Assembly: GCA_029239365.1 (NCBI GenBank)
Contig: JAQZBA010000001.1
Span: 1 to 38,706 of the forward strand
Direction: 5' to 3'
DNA from: Herbinix sp.
GTDB taxonomy: Bacteria > Bacillota > Clostridia > Lachnospirales > Lachnospiraceae
DNA: 38,706 nt
This document shows, piece after piece, positions 19,432-29,425 of the stretch (positions are counted from its first letter, which is position 1; each line of letters begins with the position of its first letter). Both the position numbers and the translations under genes were made by a program. The notes under the pieces were generated by a model. The model worked only from the letters and a program-made list of their open reading frames with translations, made no database searches and was not told where the DNA came from.

Positions 19432-19541
19432 GATGATTACCTCCAATTATCATAAATGTAAAATAAATTGGTAATCCAATTCATTTGTTATCATAACTTA
19501 CATGATGTTGCTACGAGCAGCATCAATATTTTTTATGAATA

Positions 19542-19570
19542 ACCGGCTACCGAAAGAAACGGCAGCCGGT
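19542..19570 (-). other. GC-rich stem-loop between transporter and hydantoinase genes
   Basis: ACCGGCTACCG-AAAGAAA-CGGCAGCCGGT with a weak U-tail; could be a partial terminator or mRNA-stabilising hairpin. Confidence 0.5.
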
Positions 19571-19644
19571 CATTTCATAGTAGTTGATTTATGAAAGATA
19601 GTTTTTAGCTTTCATTTTATACTAATGTTCTAAAGCTCTGTTCC

Positions 19645-20994
19645 TTATACTAAGTGTCCATACATTACAAATACTACGGTGCAGAGAATAATACCAATAA
19701 TCCATCCGGTAGGAATTGACATCTTCATGTAATCCCTGGTTGAAACCTTAGTATATCCAAAGCCCCATGCAACCCAGGACTGAGTAATGTCAAGATGCTG
19801 GGGTGCAACTGTAGTGATTGCGAATAATGGATATAAGAACTGAACCGGCCAAGCTGCTGTTGCTACCACTACTGCAAGAATTGCAGAGCCACAACCAACC
19901 AAGTTCAACGGGCCTCTGAAGAAGCCCAGTGGCGTTAATACTGCGAATGCGATACATAACAATAACGCACTTGTAGGAATTGCACCACCGAAAAGCTCTT
20001 TGAAATAAGGAGCAGCATAATTTGCTGCACTATTAAACATGGATAATGTTAATAGGAAGCCTACCATAGGAGCAACATCAATTGCACCGTCCGCGAATTG
20101 TTTTGCTAACATTCTGCATATTTCAGCAAATCCACCTTTTAATTTTCTACAAGTCAATAAAGCATACAAACCTGAAACAATAAATCCAAAAATAATCGGA
20201 ACCTTAAGACCAACAACACCAATTACAGGAAGAATAACAGCAATCCAGGAAATTACCGGAGCATCTACTGTACTACCTGTATCAGCAGTTGCAGCCCATG
20301 CATAAGAGGTCTTCTTCTTGCTCAATGCGATATTAGCTACTACTAGTACAATAACTAAGGAAACAACCAAACCAATCACGCCGAAGGTAAAGTATGCATT
20401 GTAATCGTATGTTGCATATTCTTCATTCGCTGTAGCAAATATCGCCTGGTATTGTTTGAAGTTAACAACATTACCAAAGATTCCTGCCATGATGGATCCC
20501 ATAAATGCGAACAAAGCGATAGGGGAAGGAATTCCAAGAGAAAGCATAATAGGTAATACAATTACGGCGATGGAGATAACCGGTCCGATACCTGTCATGG
20601 ATGTAAAAATAACTGCTGTAACAATACATAATAGTGACATGGTGATTCTTGGCTTATCTCCACCAAGCTCAACAACCTTACGAATTAAAGTTGCAGCAAT
20701 TCCTGTGTCGATTAATATTCTTCCGAAGAATGCGCCGAAGAATACATTGACGAGAATTGCTTTACCATAATTCTCCGGTCCCGTTTGAAACACGTTGGTC
20801 AAGACATCAATGAATGTTTTGTCAACCATTGCTGAATTCGGTGTGATAGCATTACCAATTAATGCGATCGCAGTCCAAAATGCCGACATAACGAAGAAGC
20901 CAACGATTAGGTTGTACCCCTTAATGCAGTACCATACAAGTCCAAAGAACGAAAGAACCATAATGATACCAATAATGATGTTAACTGATCCCAT
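19645..20994 (-). CDS. Ion-transporter superfamily permease (GntP/CitMHS-like)
   Basis: About 11-12 TM segments; FFGAFFGRILIDTGIAATLIRKVVELGGDK is typical of IT-superfamily permeases. Confidence 0.8.
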   Translation of the reverse strand: MGSVNIIIGIIMVLSFFGLVWYCIKGYNLIVGFFVMSAFWTAIALIGNAITPNSAMVDKTFIDVLTNVFQTGPENYGKAILVNVFFGAFFGRILIDTGIAATLIRKVVELGGDKPRITMSLLCIVTAVIFTSMTGIGPVISIAVIVLPIMLSLGIPSPIALFAFMGSIMAGIFGNVVNFKQYQAIFATANEEYATYDYNAYFTFGVIGLVVSLVIVLVVANIALSKKKTSYAWAATADTGSTVDAPVISWIAVILPVIGVVGLKVPIIFGFIVSGLYALLTCRKLKGGFAEICRMLAKQFADGAIDVAPMVGFLLTLSMFNSAANYAAPYFKELFGGAIPTSALLLCIAFAVLTPLGFFRGPLNLVGCGSAILAVVVATAAWPVQFLYPLFAITTVAPQHLDITQSWVAWGFGYTKVSTRDYMKMSIPTGWIIGIILCTVVFVMYGHLV

Positions 20995-21033
20995 AAAAAA
21001 AACCCTCCTTTAATAGTGTTAAGATAAAGCAAA

Positions 21034-21099
21034 CTAACATGATATTCTTTCATCTAACATGTTAATTAATACACTAACATGTTAGTTATAGATTGTCAA
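21034..21099 (-). promoter_or_regulatory. sigmaA promoter overlapped by three CTAACATG(T/A)TA(G/A/T) operator-like sites
   Basis: TTGACA (21099-21094), 17 bp spacer, TAGTGT with TG extension. CTAACATGATAT at 21034, CTAACATGTTAA at 21054, and the perfect palindrome CTAACATGTTAG at 21074. Confidence 0.8.
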
Positions 21100-21244
21100 T
21101 ATAGTCTTGTGCAATTTTACATATTTTCAATAAATAAAATTGTCTTTTCCGTTGTTATTTCATATTAAGTTATGTATCTCCCTTTTATCTTCCGTATATT
21201 CACCAATATTATTATCTACATCTTAGCGTAAATCATTCATTTAC

Positions 21245-21282
21245 AAAAAAAATAGCCACTAGATTATCAAATCTAATGGCTA
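21245..21282 (-). terminator. Intrinsic terminator of the sugar ABC operon
   Basis: Minus strand TAGCCATTAGAT-TTGATA-ATCTAGTGGCTA followed by T8. Confidence 0.85.
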
Positions 21283-21317
21283 AAATTATGAATGACTGAT
21301 ATAAACCCAATCAATTA

Positions 21318-22166
21318 TTATTCCTTAACACCGCCTAATGCAACACCTGCGATAATATATTTCGATAATAAGAAATATACGACAAATAGCGGTAATACAG
21401 TCAGCGTTAATCCTAAGTAAACGGAACCGAATTCTGTCTTATAGATATCGCCTTTTAACAAGCTTACCATGATGGGCATGGTATATTTATCTTTGTCAAT
21501 AAGTAAAATCATAGGCATAAACAGGTTGTTCCAGGATCCTACAAAAGCGAAAATAGCCTGAGTTGCGATCGCCGGTTTCATAATGGGAATAATAATCTTA
21601 TTGAATATGTTGAATTCTCCTGCTCCGTCAATACGACCCGAATTAACGATATCAATTGATAAGGATGCCAACAGGTACTGTCTCATGAAGAATACCATGG
21701 CAGGGGATGCTATGGCAGGTAAGATCAGTGGCAGGAAGCTATTGGTCATATGAATACTATACATAAACTGATAGAAACCGATACTGGTTACCTGCGCAGG
21801 GATCATCATAACCGCTAAGATAAAAGTGAAAAACGGCTGACGTAATCTCCAATCATAGGCTACTAAAGCATAGGCAGTAAGTGATGAGAAATATACTGCA
21901 CAAGCAGTTGCTCCTGTGGAGATTATAGCTGAGTTTATAAATCCTCTAAAGGGGTTAAAGCCCTTTCCTGACAATACCTCTAAGTTACTGAAAAAGAATT
22001 TAGAAGGAAATAATGATATCGCATGCTGTTGAATCTCAAAGGTACTACGAGTTGCGTTCATAATCATAATCCAAAAAGGGATTATGCTTAAAACTACCAA
22101 GAAAATGCATACAACATATTTTACAACATTTAAAATCTTGTAGGGTAGGTTTGATCCAGTTTTCAT
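21318..22166 (-). CDS. Carbohydrate ABC transporter permease (MalG-like)
   Basis: EAA-like loop IVNSGRIDGAG, FVGSWNNLFMP, about 6 TMs; ATGA overlap with the upstream permease. Confidence 0.93.
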   Translation of the reverse strand: MKTGSNLPYKILNVVKYVVCIFLVVLSIIPFWIMIMNATRSTFEIQQHAISLFPSKFFFSNLEVLSGKGFNPFRGFINSAIISTGATACAVYFSSLTAYALVAYDWRLRQPFFTFILAVMMIPAQVTSIGFYQFMYSIHMTNSFLPLILPAIASPAMVFFMRQYLLASLSIDIVNSGRIDGAGEFNIFNKIIIPIMKPAIATQAIFAFVGSWNNLFMPMILLIDKDKYTMPIMVSLLKGDIYKTEFGSVYLGLTLTVLPLFVVYFLLSKYIIAGVALGGVKE

Positions 22167-23143
22167 CGCACAGCCCCCCTTGTTGCCTTTTCAGCTTTTT
22201 TATATTCTTTTTCCAGTTTCCTGTTCATTTTATAAATCCTTGCTGCATCTCTGTCTCGCATTACATAGAATACGATAGCAGATAACACAGAAATTATGGC
22301 AAACATCATCAAACTTGCAGCTGATGCACGATTATATAGATAACTTCCACTAAACGCCTGATTATAAATGAATACACTTGTTGTAAGTGTAGCACTGTCT
22401 GGGCCGCCATTGAGGAACAGTCTCGGAATATCAAACATCTGTAAACCTCCGATTAAGCTCGTAATCAGTGTATAGACAAGTATTGTTCTCAAATTCGGGA
22501 GTGTCACGAAGAAGAACGTCTGTGCACCTGTTGCACCATCAATCTCTGATGCCTCAAAAAGTTCAGGATTCATACCTAATACACCCGATATCAATACGAT
22601 CATTGTATAACCGTACCACATCCAGAATTGGATAAATGCTACAACGCCTCTTGCTGTCCATCTCTGGATAAGGAAGTTAATTGATCCATCCGATAACCCT
22701 AATCTTGCAAACAGGTCGTTGACAGGTCCCATCGGATATCCAAACAGAGATTGGAATAGGATAGCTATCGTAGCTGCCGTAATAATATTCGGCATGTAGA
22801 AAAGAACCTTGAATGCACCCTGACCCTTTAACTTACGTCGATTATTCGTAAACCAGGCAGTAAGCAGGAGTGCAAGCAATATCTGCGGGATAAAATTAAT
22901 AATCCAAATGATTCCCGTATTAATTAAGGATTGTTGGAATGATGGATTCTTAAGAATTGTGACAAAATTCTGGAACGGATTCTCTAAGAAATTAAATTCC
23001 GTTCTACCCAAGCCTTTAAAATCAGTAAATCCGATTACGGCAGTATATATCGTGGGATATAGCGAAAAAATAAGGAACGCTAGCACAAAAGGTATACAGA
23101 AGATATACCCGTATTTAGCGTAGCTAACACTCTTACGTCGCAT
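22163..23143 (-). CDS. Carbohydrate ABC transporter permease (MalF-like)
   Basis: ELFEASEIDGA loop and IGGLQMFD. Confidence 0.93.
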   Translation of the reverse strand: MRRKSVSYAKYGYIFCIPFVLAFLIFSLYPTIYTAVIGFTDFKGLGRTEFNFLENPFQNFVTILKNPSFQQSLINTGIIWIINFIPQILLALLLTAWFTNNRRKLKGQGAFKVLFYMPNIITAATIAILFQSLFGYPMGPVNDLFARLGLSDGSINFLIQRWTARGVVAFIQFWMWYGYTMIVLISGVLGMNPELFEASEIDGATGAQTFFFVTLPNLRTILVYTLITSLIGGLQMFDIPRLFLNGGPDSATLTTSVFIYNQAFSGSYLYNRASAASLMMFAIISVLSAIVFYVMRDRDAARIYKMNRKLEKEYKKAEKATRGAVR

Positions 23144-23247
23144 AAGCGTTCACCTCCGGTAAATTGTTTACTTTATTACATAACAGGAAGAAGCTCATGA
23201 AGCGTGCTTCTTCGGTTGCATCGTGTTTATATTACTAACTCATAAAT

Positions 23248-23285
23248 ATTAGGGGCGGTCGAAAAGGTATCCTCCCGCCCCTAAT
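23248..23285 (-). other. Stem-loop after the solute-binding protein gene
   Basis: ATTAGGGGCGG...CCGCCCCTAAT with no long U-tract; a usual position for an mRNA-stabilising/attenuating hairpin in ABC operons. Confidence 0.6.
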
Positions 23286-23297
23286 TTCAGTTTAAAA

Positions 23298-24725
23298 TTA
23301 TTCTACAACAACATCAAGATTGTCAGCAACATCCTGCTTAAAGTCTGCAATAGCCTGCTCACGTGACTTATTACCAGCGGTGTACTCACGTACCTGATTA
23401 CGCCAGTAAGTATTGATTGTCTCATCGTACTGAGTCTTGTTAGTTCCTGTTGCAAACTGACCTGCAGGAACGAATACATCGAACATGTTCTGTCCGCCTA
23501 AGAACTCAAGCGCACCATCGGATTTGCTCATAACTGTACCGGAAGCAACTGTATCCTTTGTGCCGCCTTCGCCGTTAAGAGTACCGTTAGCCCAGAAGTA
23601 CTGAAGACCTGTCTCGGAGCTGTCAAGTGTGATCCACTCGATGATATCACCAACAGCAGCTTTAACCTTGCTGTCTTTGTTAGCAAGAACCCAAGTGCCA
23701 CCCCAGAAGAAACCAACTGGAGGCTCACATACTGCCCAATCACCATAGGTGCCTTCGCCAGCTTTTGTGCCGCCGGAGTTACCAGCCATAACGTAGTTAA
23801 TTAACCAAGCAGGACCAAAGAAACCGAAAGTCTTCTGAGTTCCAGCATCTTTCATGTCTGCATACCAAGCATCTGTCCAGTCCTGAGTATCATTATGATA
23901 TCCATTGTCTTTCAGCTGCTTAGAAAGATCTAAGAATGCTTCACGCTTAGGATCGATGAAAAGCTTGCCATCTACGATCCAAGGCTGTTCGGAGCTGTTC
24001 TCAACTGCATGCCAGATATCACCGTCGCCGGATACGATACCGTAGCCTTTTGCTTTTAACTCTGCTGCTGCTGCGAAGAATTTATCCCATCCGGGACCAA
24101 TTTTATCTTTGATAGTAGCCGGGTCATCTGTGCCCCAAACATCTTTTGCAAGGGAACGACGGTAAATGAAAGCACCACCGGTAGCCTGGTATCCAAGACC
24201 TACAAGATTTCCTTCAGGACTTGTTCCGATATCAATTGTGTATTGAGCGATGTCTGCCTCTTTTACAAGAGTATCAACATCAATACCAAGATCTTTATAG
24301 GAAGCTGCAAATTGACTAGCATCGCCCTGGGAATACTTCAGGATGAATGCGCTCTCTGCACAGTAAAGATCAGGAGCCTCTGCGCCACCAGCTGCAAGAG
24401 CCTGGTCAAGTGCGGGCTGATAAAGACCGTCTGTGGTAGCGATGATCGTAGTTTTGATTTCATAATCAAAATCAGGATTAAGCGCTTTGAACTTTTCAAT
24501 CATCTTAGGAACTTCATCTGTAAAGCTCCATACATTGATAACTTTAACTTCAGGATCATTTGTTACTTCTGCTGCAGGTGCTTCTGTAGCTTTTGGCTCT
24601 TCAGAAGTACTGCTGGGTGTTTTGGTAGGTGTAGCACTAGTGCTATCATCTTTTTTGGTACCGCATCCTGTTACTAAGGACATAACAAGCATGCATGCTA
24701 GAACTAAAGTAATTAAACGTTTCAT
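23298..24725 (-). CDS. Carbohydrate ABC transporter substrate-binding lipoprotein
   Basis: Lipobox LVTGC, Ser/Thr/Pro/Ala linker, SBP family 1 features (APDLY, FFWGGTWV). Confidence 0.92.
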   Translation of the reverse strand: MKRLITLVLACMLVMSLVTGCGTKKDDSTSATPTKTPSSTSEEPKATEAPAAEVTNDPEVKVINVWSFTDEVPKMIEKFKALNPDFDYEIKTTIIATTDGLYQPALDQALAAGGAEAPDLYCAESAFILKYSQGDASQFAASYKDLGIDVDTLVKEADIAQYTIDIGTSPEGNLVGLGYQATGGAFIYRRSLAKDVWGTDDPATIKDKIGPGWDKFFAAAAELKAKGYGIVSGDGDIWHAVENSSEQPWIVDGKLFIDPKREAFLDLSKQLKDNGYHNDTQDWTDAWYADMKDAGTQKTFGFFGPAWLINYVMAGNSGGTKAGEGTYGDWAVCEPPVGFFWGGTWVLANKDSKVKAAVGDIIEWITLDSSETGLQYFWANGTLNGEGGTKDTVASGTVMSKSDGALEFLGGQNMFDVFVPAGQFATGTNKTQYDETINTYWRNQVREYTAGNKSREQAIADFKQDVADNLDVVVE

Positions 24726-25239
24726 GATATCCCTCCTCTAATTTTGTAAATTATACACATTTACATCAAAATTATATAAAAAATTCGAGAGTTATGCACC
24801 ATCTTTGTTGCTATCTTATTATAAATTATTGCTAATATCTTATTTTTTTGTGGAATATATATATATTTACTTAATATCCCAGGATGTTATTGTTGTTTAT
24901 TTATTCATAAGATATATATATAAGAAGCTTTAGCATCGGACTATAACGATTAAGCCCTTGTAAATACAGGGTTTTATGCTGTTTTATTTATATAATTTTT
25001 AATTTCTTTAAAACATATGTCTTTTTATCAATATATCAGCCTTAGTTTTCATCCATTTTTACAAAAATCATAAGCTTTTTAGTTAAGCAGATGCCCTACT
25101 ATGTCCCACCTCCATTCTTAACTAAGCTCACTGCAATAGTAACAATTCAAATACCGCTATTATCAAATTAAAAGTTCTTCAGATAACTATCATTATTATT
25201 GCATGATTTTATAATAAAAATACTAAGTGATTTTTATGA

Positions 25240-26691
25240 TTAATTTTTATCCGTCACCTTATTTACCTTTAATTGCTTTCCGCCAATCAAGGTAGTTTTC
25301 ATTGTTTCCAGTACCAACGATCCTTTTCCGTTCAGTATTTCCACATAGGTAAGAGAATCTTGAACAGTAATAATTCCGATATCTTCTGCTTTGACACCGG
25401 CTATATTCGAGATAACTCCAACGAAATTAGTTGCTCTAAGTTTCTTATTCTTACCACCATTAAATCTTAATTTCGTTATTCCCTTATTGAGTTGATCGCT
25501 TTTCATTTTCTTGATCGGAGGTTCCGTGTTGATTTTTGCATCAAACGCCGGCTTCTGAACAGACACCTCCTCTTTGGAAGGTCTCTCTAACTTTGGTAGT
25601 TCAAATCCGATTAATTTCTCAATATAATGTTGGTACCGGCTCTCCCTTGATGACACGAAGGTGATTGCTTTCCCTTTTAGACCGGCACGTCCGGTTCTTC
25701 CCGTGCGATGAACATAGTTCTCTTCTTCGAATGGGATGTCGTAGTTTATGACCATTGATATATTCTCTACATCAATCCCTCTCGCTGCTACATCCGTCGC
25801 AACCAAGTAACGAAATTCTCCCCTTTTAAAACGCTTCATTGCCTTCAGCCTGTCATCCTGTTCCATTCCACCATGGATTCGATTACAAGGATAGCCTAAG
25901 TCAGAGAGCCTTTTATAAATCATCTCAACCCGGTCCTTGGTTCTACAGAAAATAATGCAGCTATCCGGTTGTTCTATAATAGCGATATCCTTCAGAAGAT
26001 CAAATTTATCCTCTTCATCAACACGATAAAGGGCATGCTCAATTGTTGCTGTCGTTATCCTATCCTCACTGATATCAATCGTAATCTGGTTTCTCATATA
26101 ATTAGATGAGATACTTCTAATCTCTTCAGGCATCGTTGCTGAGAACAGCATGGTTACCCGCTCTGTGGGAAGCTCCTTCAGAATTGCTTCCACTTGTTCG
26201 ATGAATCCCATATCTAACATACGATCAGCTTCATCAATTACCAGATAGCTAATCTTAGATAGGATTAGTGTGCCTTTCTCAATATGATCCAGAACTCGCC
26301 CCGGTGTACCAATAACGATATGAGTTTTTTGCTTCAACTCTGTTTTCTCTATGGAAAAGGGATGTCTTCCGTAGATTGCTGTTGCCTTGATTCTTTTGAA
26401 CCTGCCTATATTGGTAAAATCCTCTTTCACTTGAACTGCAAGCTCTCTCGTCGGCGTTAATACAAGCGCTTGAGGCTTATTCTCCAGCCATTCAACCATT
26501 TCACAAATCGGGACCGCGAATGCTGCAGTCTTACCACTGCCAGTTTGAGCTTTTACAATAAGATCCGATCCTTCCAGTGCTAACGGAATGACTTTCTCCT
26601 GTACATCGGTAGGTATCTCATAGTCTAAACCCTTTAATGCACTTGCGATCGTTTCGCTTAATTTATAATCCTTGAAGCTTCCTTTGTCCAT
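25240..26691 (-). CDS. dbpA: DEAD-box RNA helicase DbpA/YxiN-like
   Basis: [26 protein letters not shown] and HRTGRTGR; C-terminal RNA-binding domain [15 protein letters not shown]...DIGII. Confidence 0.9.
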   Translation of the reverse strand: MDKGSFKDYKLSETIASALKGLDYEIPTDVQEKVIPLALEGSDLIVKAQTGSGKTAAFAVPICEMVEWLENKPQALVLTPTRELAVQVKEDFTNIGRFKRIKATAIYGRHPFSIEKTELKQKTHIVIGTPGRVLDHIEKGTLILSKISYLVIDEADRMLDMGFIEQVEAILKELPTERVTMLFSATMPEEIRSISSNYMRNQITIDISEDRITTATIEHALYRVDEEDKFDLLKDIAIIEQPDSCIIFCRTKDRVEMIYKRLSDLGYPCNRIHGGMEQDDRLKAMKRFKRGEFRYLVATDVAARGIDVENISMVINYDIPFEEENYVHRTGRTGRAGLKGKAITFVSSRESRYQHYIEKLIGFELPKLERPSKEEVSVQKPAFDAKINTEPPIKKMKSDQLNKGITKLRFNGGKNKKLRATNFVGVISNIAGVKAEDIGIITVQDSLTYVEILNGKGSLVLETMKTTLIGGKQLKVNKVTDKN

Positions 26692-26757
26692 CTCTATCCT
26701 CCATACCTGACCAACTTATTTGAGTTATAATCCAGATTGTTTCTCTTCGGCTCTAAT

Positions 26758-27465
26758 CTATACAACCATTTTCCAATTTGTAATTGCTAACCAGTTCTTT
26801 CGCTCTTCATAATCAGGTAATATTTTACCCACCAGACGCCAGAAAGAACGATCGTGGTTTAAGTGCACCATATGGCACATTTCATGAACTACTACATAAT
26901 CAATCACCTCAATGGGTGCCATAGCAAGCTTCCAATTGAAGGTCAATTCCAGTCTTGAATTACACGAACCCCAATTACTATTATCATCCGTTATACTGAT
27001 GGAGCGCGGTTTCATCTTGAAATCAGATTGATAGAACCTTATCCTCTTCTCGACCAAATCCTTACACTTCTGATAATAGAACCGTTTTAGCGCTCTTTTT
27101 ACGGCATCATCATTATGCTGCTTCAGATAGATATGAAGCTTATCCCCTTCAATAACCACGCAGTCCTTGGGTTTCTCCTCATCTACCGTTATGATAATAG
27201 CATAGGACTTCCCCAAGTATAGAAATACTTCACCATGCTCATAGACTTTTTCTATCTTACCCTCCACACGGTCCTTCATTTCCTTCGATTTCTCTCGGGT
27301 CCAATCCCACTTATCCTCCAGTAGTGAAGTGATGTTATTCATCGGTGTATCTTTCGGTGCCTGAACTTCGATCCGTCCATAAAAATCGATATGAATACTT
27401 ATCGTTTTGCGTCTCGTATACTTTATTGTAAAATCAATTGTTGAATCTAAAAATGTATGTGTCAT
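26758..27465 (-). CDS. YgjP/DUF45-family (M48/SprT-like) metal-dependent hydrolase
   Basis: Start reassigned to ATG 27465 (AAGGTG RBS). WGSC, FNWKL and DYVVVHEMCHMVHLNHDRSFW. Confidence 0.88.
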   Translation of the reverse strand: MTHTFLDSTIDFTIKYTRRKTISIHIDFYGRIEVQAPKDTPMNNITSLLEDKWDWTREKSKEMKDRVEGKIEKVYEHGEVFLYLGKSYAIIITVDEEKPKDCVVIEGDKLHIYLKQHNDDAVKRALKRFYYQKCKDLVEKRIRFYQSDFKMKPRSISITDDNSNWGSCNSRLELTFNWKLAMAPIEVIDYVVVHEMCHMVHLNHDRSFWRLVGKILPDYEERKNWLAITNWKMVV

Positions 27466-27603
27466 CGTATCACCTTTTATATTTATTTTATAGTACATTT
27501 CAATTTTAATCCTAACAAAGCTGATCTAAGAAATAGTATCGGTATGTTAAGGTATGTTCATAATCTTTGCTTCGATTAATCTGACCGATTCCTTATTATG
27601 AGT

Positions 27604-27632
27604 TTGCTTTTATAAGTTGAATTTGTTATCAT
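27604..27632 (+). promoter_or_regulatory. Candidate sigmaA promoter for the rsmH paralog
   Basis: TTGCTT, 17 bp spacer, TATCAT with TG extension. Confidence 0.45.
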
Positions 27633-27714
27633 ATGCTATGTAACAATACTAATAGCAACAAGATGAATCGAAGAATCAATTCACTTGTCATGAATTAAAA
27701 AGGCGGAAGCATGT

Positions 27715-28767
27715 ATGATAGATAATCAAGAGGAAAAACCTCAGCGACGTGTTCGGTATCAGGGGACTCATCCAAAATCGTTCAAAGATAAATACAAGGA
27801 GCTACAACCGGAGAAATATGCGGATACAGTTGCAAGGGTTATCCAAAAGGGTAATACTCCTGCCGGTATGCATCGTTCCATTTGTGTCAAAGAAATATTA
27901 GAGTTTCTACAAATCACTCCCGGACAAATCGGATTAGATGCAACCTTAGGTTATGGAGGCCATACCCTAGAGATGCTTAAATGTCTGAATTCAGAGGGTC
28001 ATTTGTATGCTACCGATGTAGATTCCATTGAATTACCACGCACCAGAGAACGTTTGGCAGGCTTAGGTTATGGTCCGGAAGTACTGACAATTAAGCAAAT
28101 GAGCTTTTCCGAACTCGATCAAATCATTCCCGAATCGGGTCCTTTCAATTTTGTACTTGCAGATTTAGGTGTCTCATCCATGCAAATAGACAATCCTGAC
28201 AGAGGCTTTTCCTATAAGACCGATGGACCTTTAGACTTAAGATTGAATCCGAACAAAGGAATCTCCGCTGCAGAACGTTTAAAAACCATTACTTATGATG
28301 AATTATACGGTATGTTATTAGAAAACGCGGACGAGCCTCATTCAGCCGAAATCTCCCGAGCAATTATCTCCCATATCAAAAAAGGAAAAGAAATAGTAAC
28401 AACCTCAGCGTTGCAGAAAATAATTACAGATGCTTTAAAATTCATTCCCGAAAAAGACAGAATCGATGAAATCAAAAAATCCTGTCAACGTAGTTTTCAA
28501 GCAATGCGAATTGATGTAAATAATGAATTTGAAGTGTTATATGAGTTTTTAGAAAAACTTCCTGCTTGCCTTGCCAAAGGAGGACGTGTTGCTATTCTCT
28601 CATTTCATTCAGGAGAAGATCGTCTCGTCAAAAAATCGTTCCAACGACTGTATCGCGAGGGTGTCTACCGAGAAATCGCTCCCGACTCAATTCGTCCATC
28701 ACAAGAAGAATGTAACACAAATAGCCGTGCTCGCTCTGCTAAATTACGCTGGGCTATCAAAGCATAA
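27715..28767 (+). CDS. rsmH: RsmH/MraW-family SAM methyltransferase (stand-alone paralog with N-terminal extension)
   Basis: DATLGYGGHT, LADLGVSSMQID...RGFSY...GPLDLRL, FQAMRIDVN, SFHSGEDRLVK and NSRARSAKLR. Confidence 0.85.
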   Translation: MIDNQEEKPQRRVRYQGTHPKSFKDKYKELQPEKYADTVARVIQKGNTPAGMHRSICVKEILEFLQITPGQIGLDATLGYGGHTLEMLKCLNSEGHLYATDVDSIELPRTRERLAGLGYGPEVLTIKQMSFSELDQIIPESGPFNFVLADLGVSSMQIDNPDRGFSYKTDGPLDLRLNPNKGISAAERLKTITYDELYGMLLENADEPHSAEISRAIISHIKKGKEIVTTSALQKIITDALKFIPEKDRIDEIKKSCQRSFQAMRIDVNNEFEVLYEFLEKLPACLAKGGRVAILSFHSGEDRLVKKSFQRLYREGVYREIAPDSIRPSQEECNTNSRARSAKLRWAIKA

Positions 28768-28903
28768 TCAATCCTATGGCAATCTTATAGGTTGTAACCA
28801 AATAGCAATGTAGAAAGAGTAGCAGACTTCCATTTTATAGGATCAAACAGTAATTGTTTGTTTGGCCCATCATAGAAGTTTACTACTCTTCCTTCTCATA
28901 TAA

Positions 28904-29425
28904 CTATCGATATCTAATCGCTAAACCTCTCAAGAAATTTCGGGCATATCGATCTCCGCATTCCTTGTAATTACGTTGTCCTTCTCTTCGTAATACTGCA
29001 CTCAATTCACTATTTGACAGATTAACTCCGGTGCTTTTAATGATTGCAAGCATGTCCTCACCGGTAAGTGACAGTGCAATCTTTAATTTTTTCAGCAGGA
29101 CGTTGTTGACCGCTTTATTATCTTTAATCATAAATGCCTGCTTTTCAGGTTCACCCGGTTTTACTTCCTGTTTACCGCGTTTGAATGTAATAAAGCCGTT
29201 CAAAAAGGATTCCAGCATATAATTATTACATCTCTTCATATCATCATCGGCAATAAATTCCTCATCCTCCGTATCGAGATTCAAGTTATTCTTTGGCTTT
29301 AACAGCATCCTCTGCAATTCTTCTCTTGTTACTGTTATTCCACCAAGCTTAAAAATCTCAATCATATCAATATCCCTGATGTCCAGTGCATACCTTAGTC
29401 TGATTAATATATCGTTATTATACAT
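28904..29425 (-). CDS. DUF1456 (YehS) family protein
   Basis: Start reassigned to ATG 29425. Duplicated NNDILIRLRYAL / NNVLLKKLKIALSL repeats and YKECGDRYARNFLRGL. Confidence 0.88.
   Translation of the reverse strand: MYNNDILIRLRYALDIRDIDMIEIFKLGGITVTREELQRMLLKPKNNLNLDTEDEEFIADDDMKRCNNYMLESFLNGFITFKRGKQEVKPGEPEKQAFMIKDNKAVNNVLLKKLKIALSLTGEDMLAIIKSTGVNLSNSELSAVLRREGQRNYKECGDRYARNFLRGLAIRYR

Noticed and set aside
20995-21002. T8 tract between RBS and start codon of the permease as a phase-variation site
   Set aside because: Eight-base A/T runs are common in such genomes, and the spacing is a normal RBS distance.
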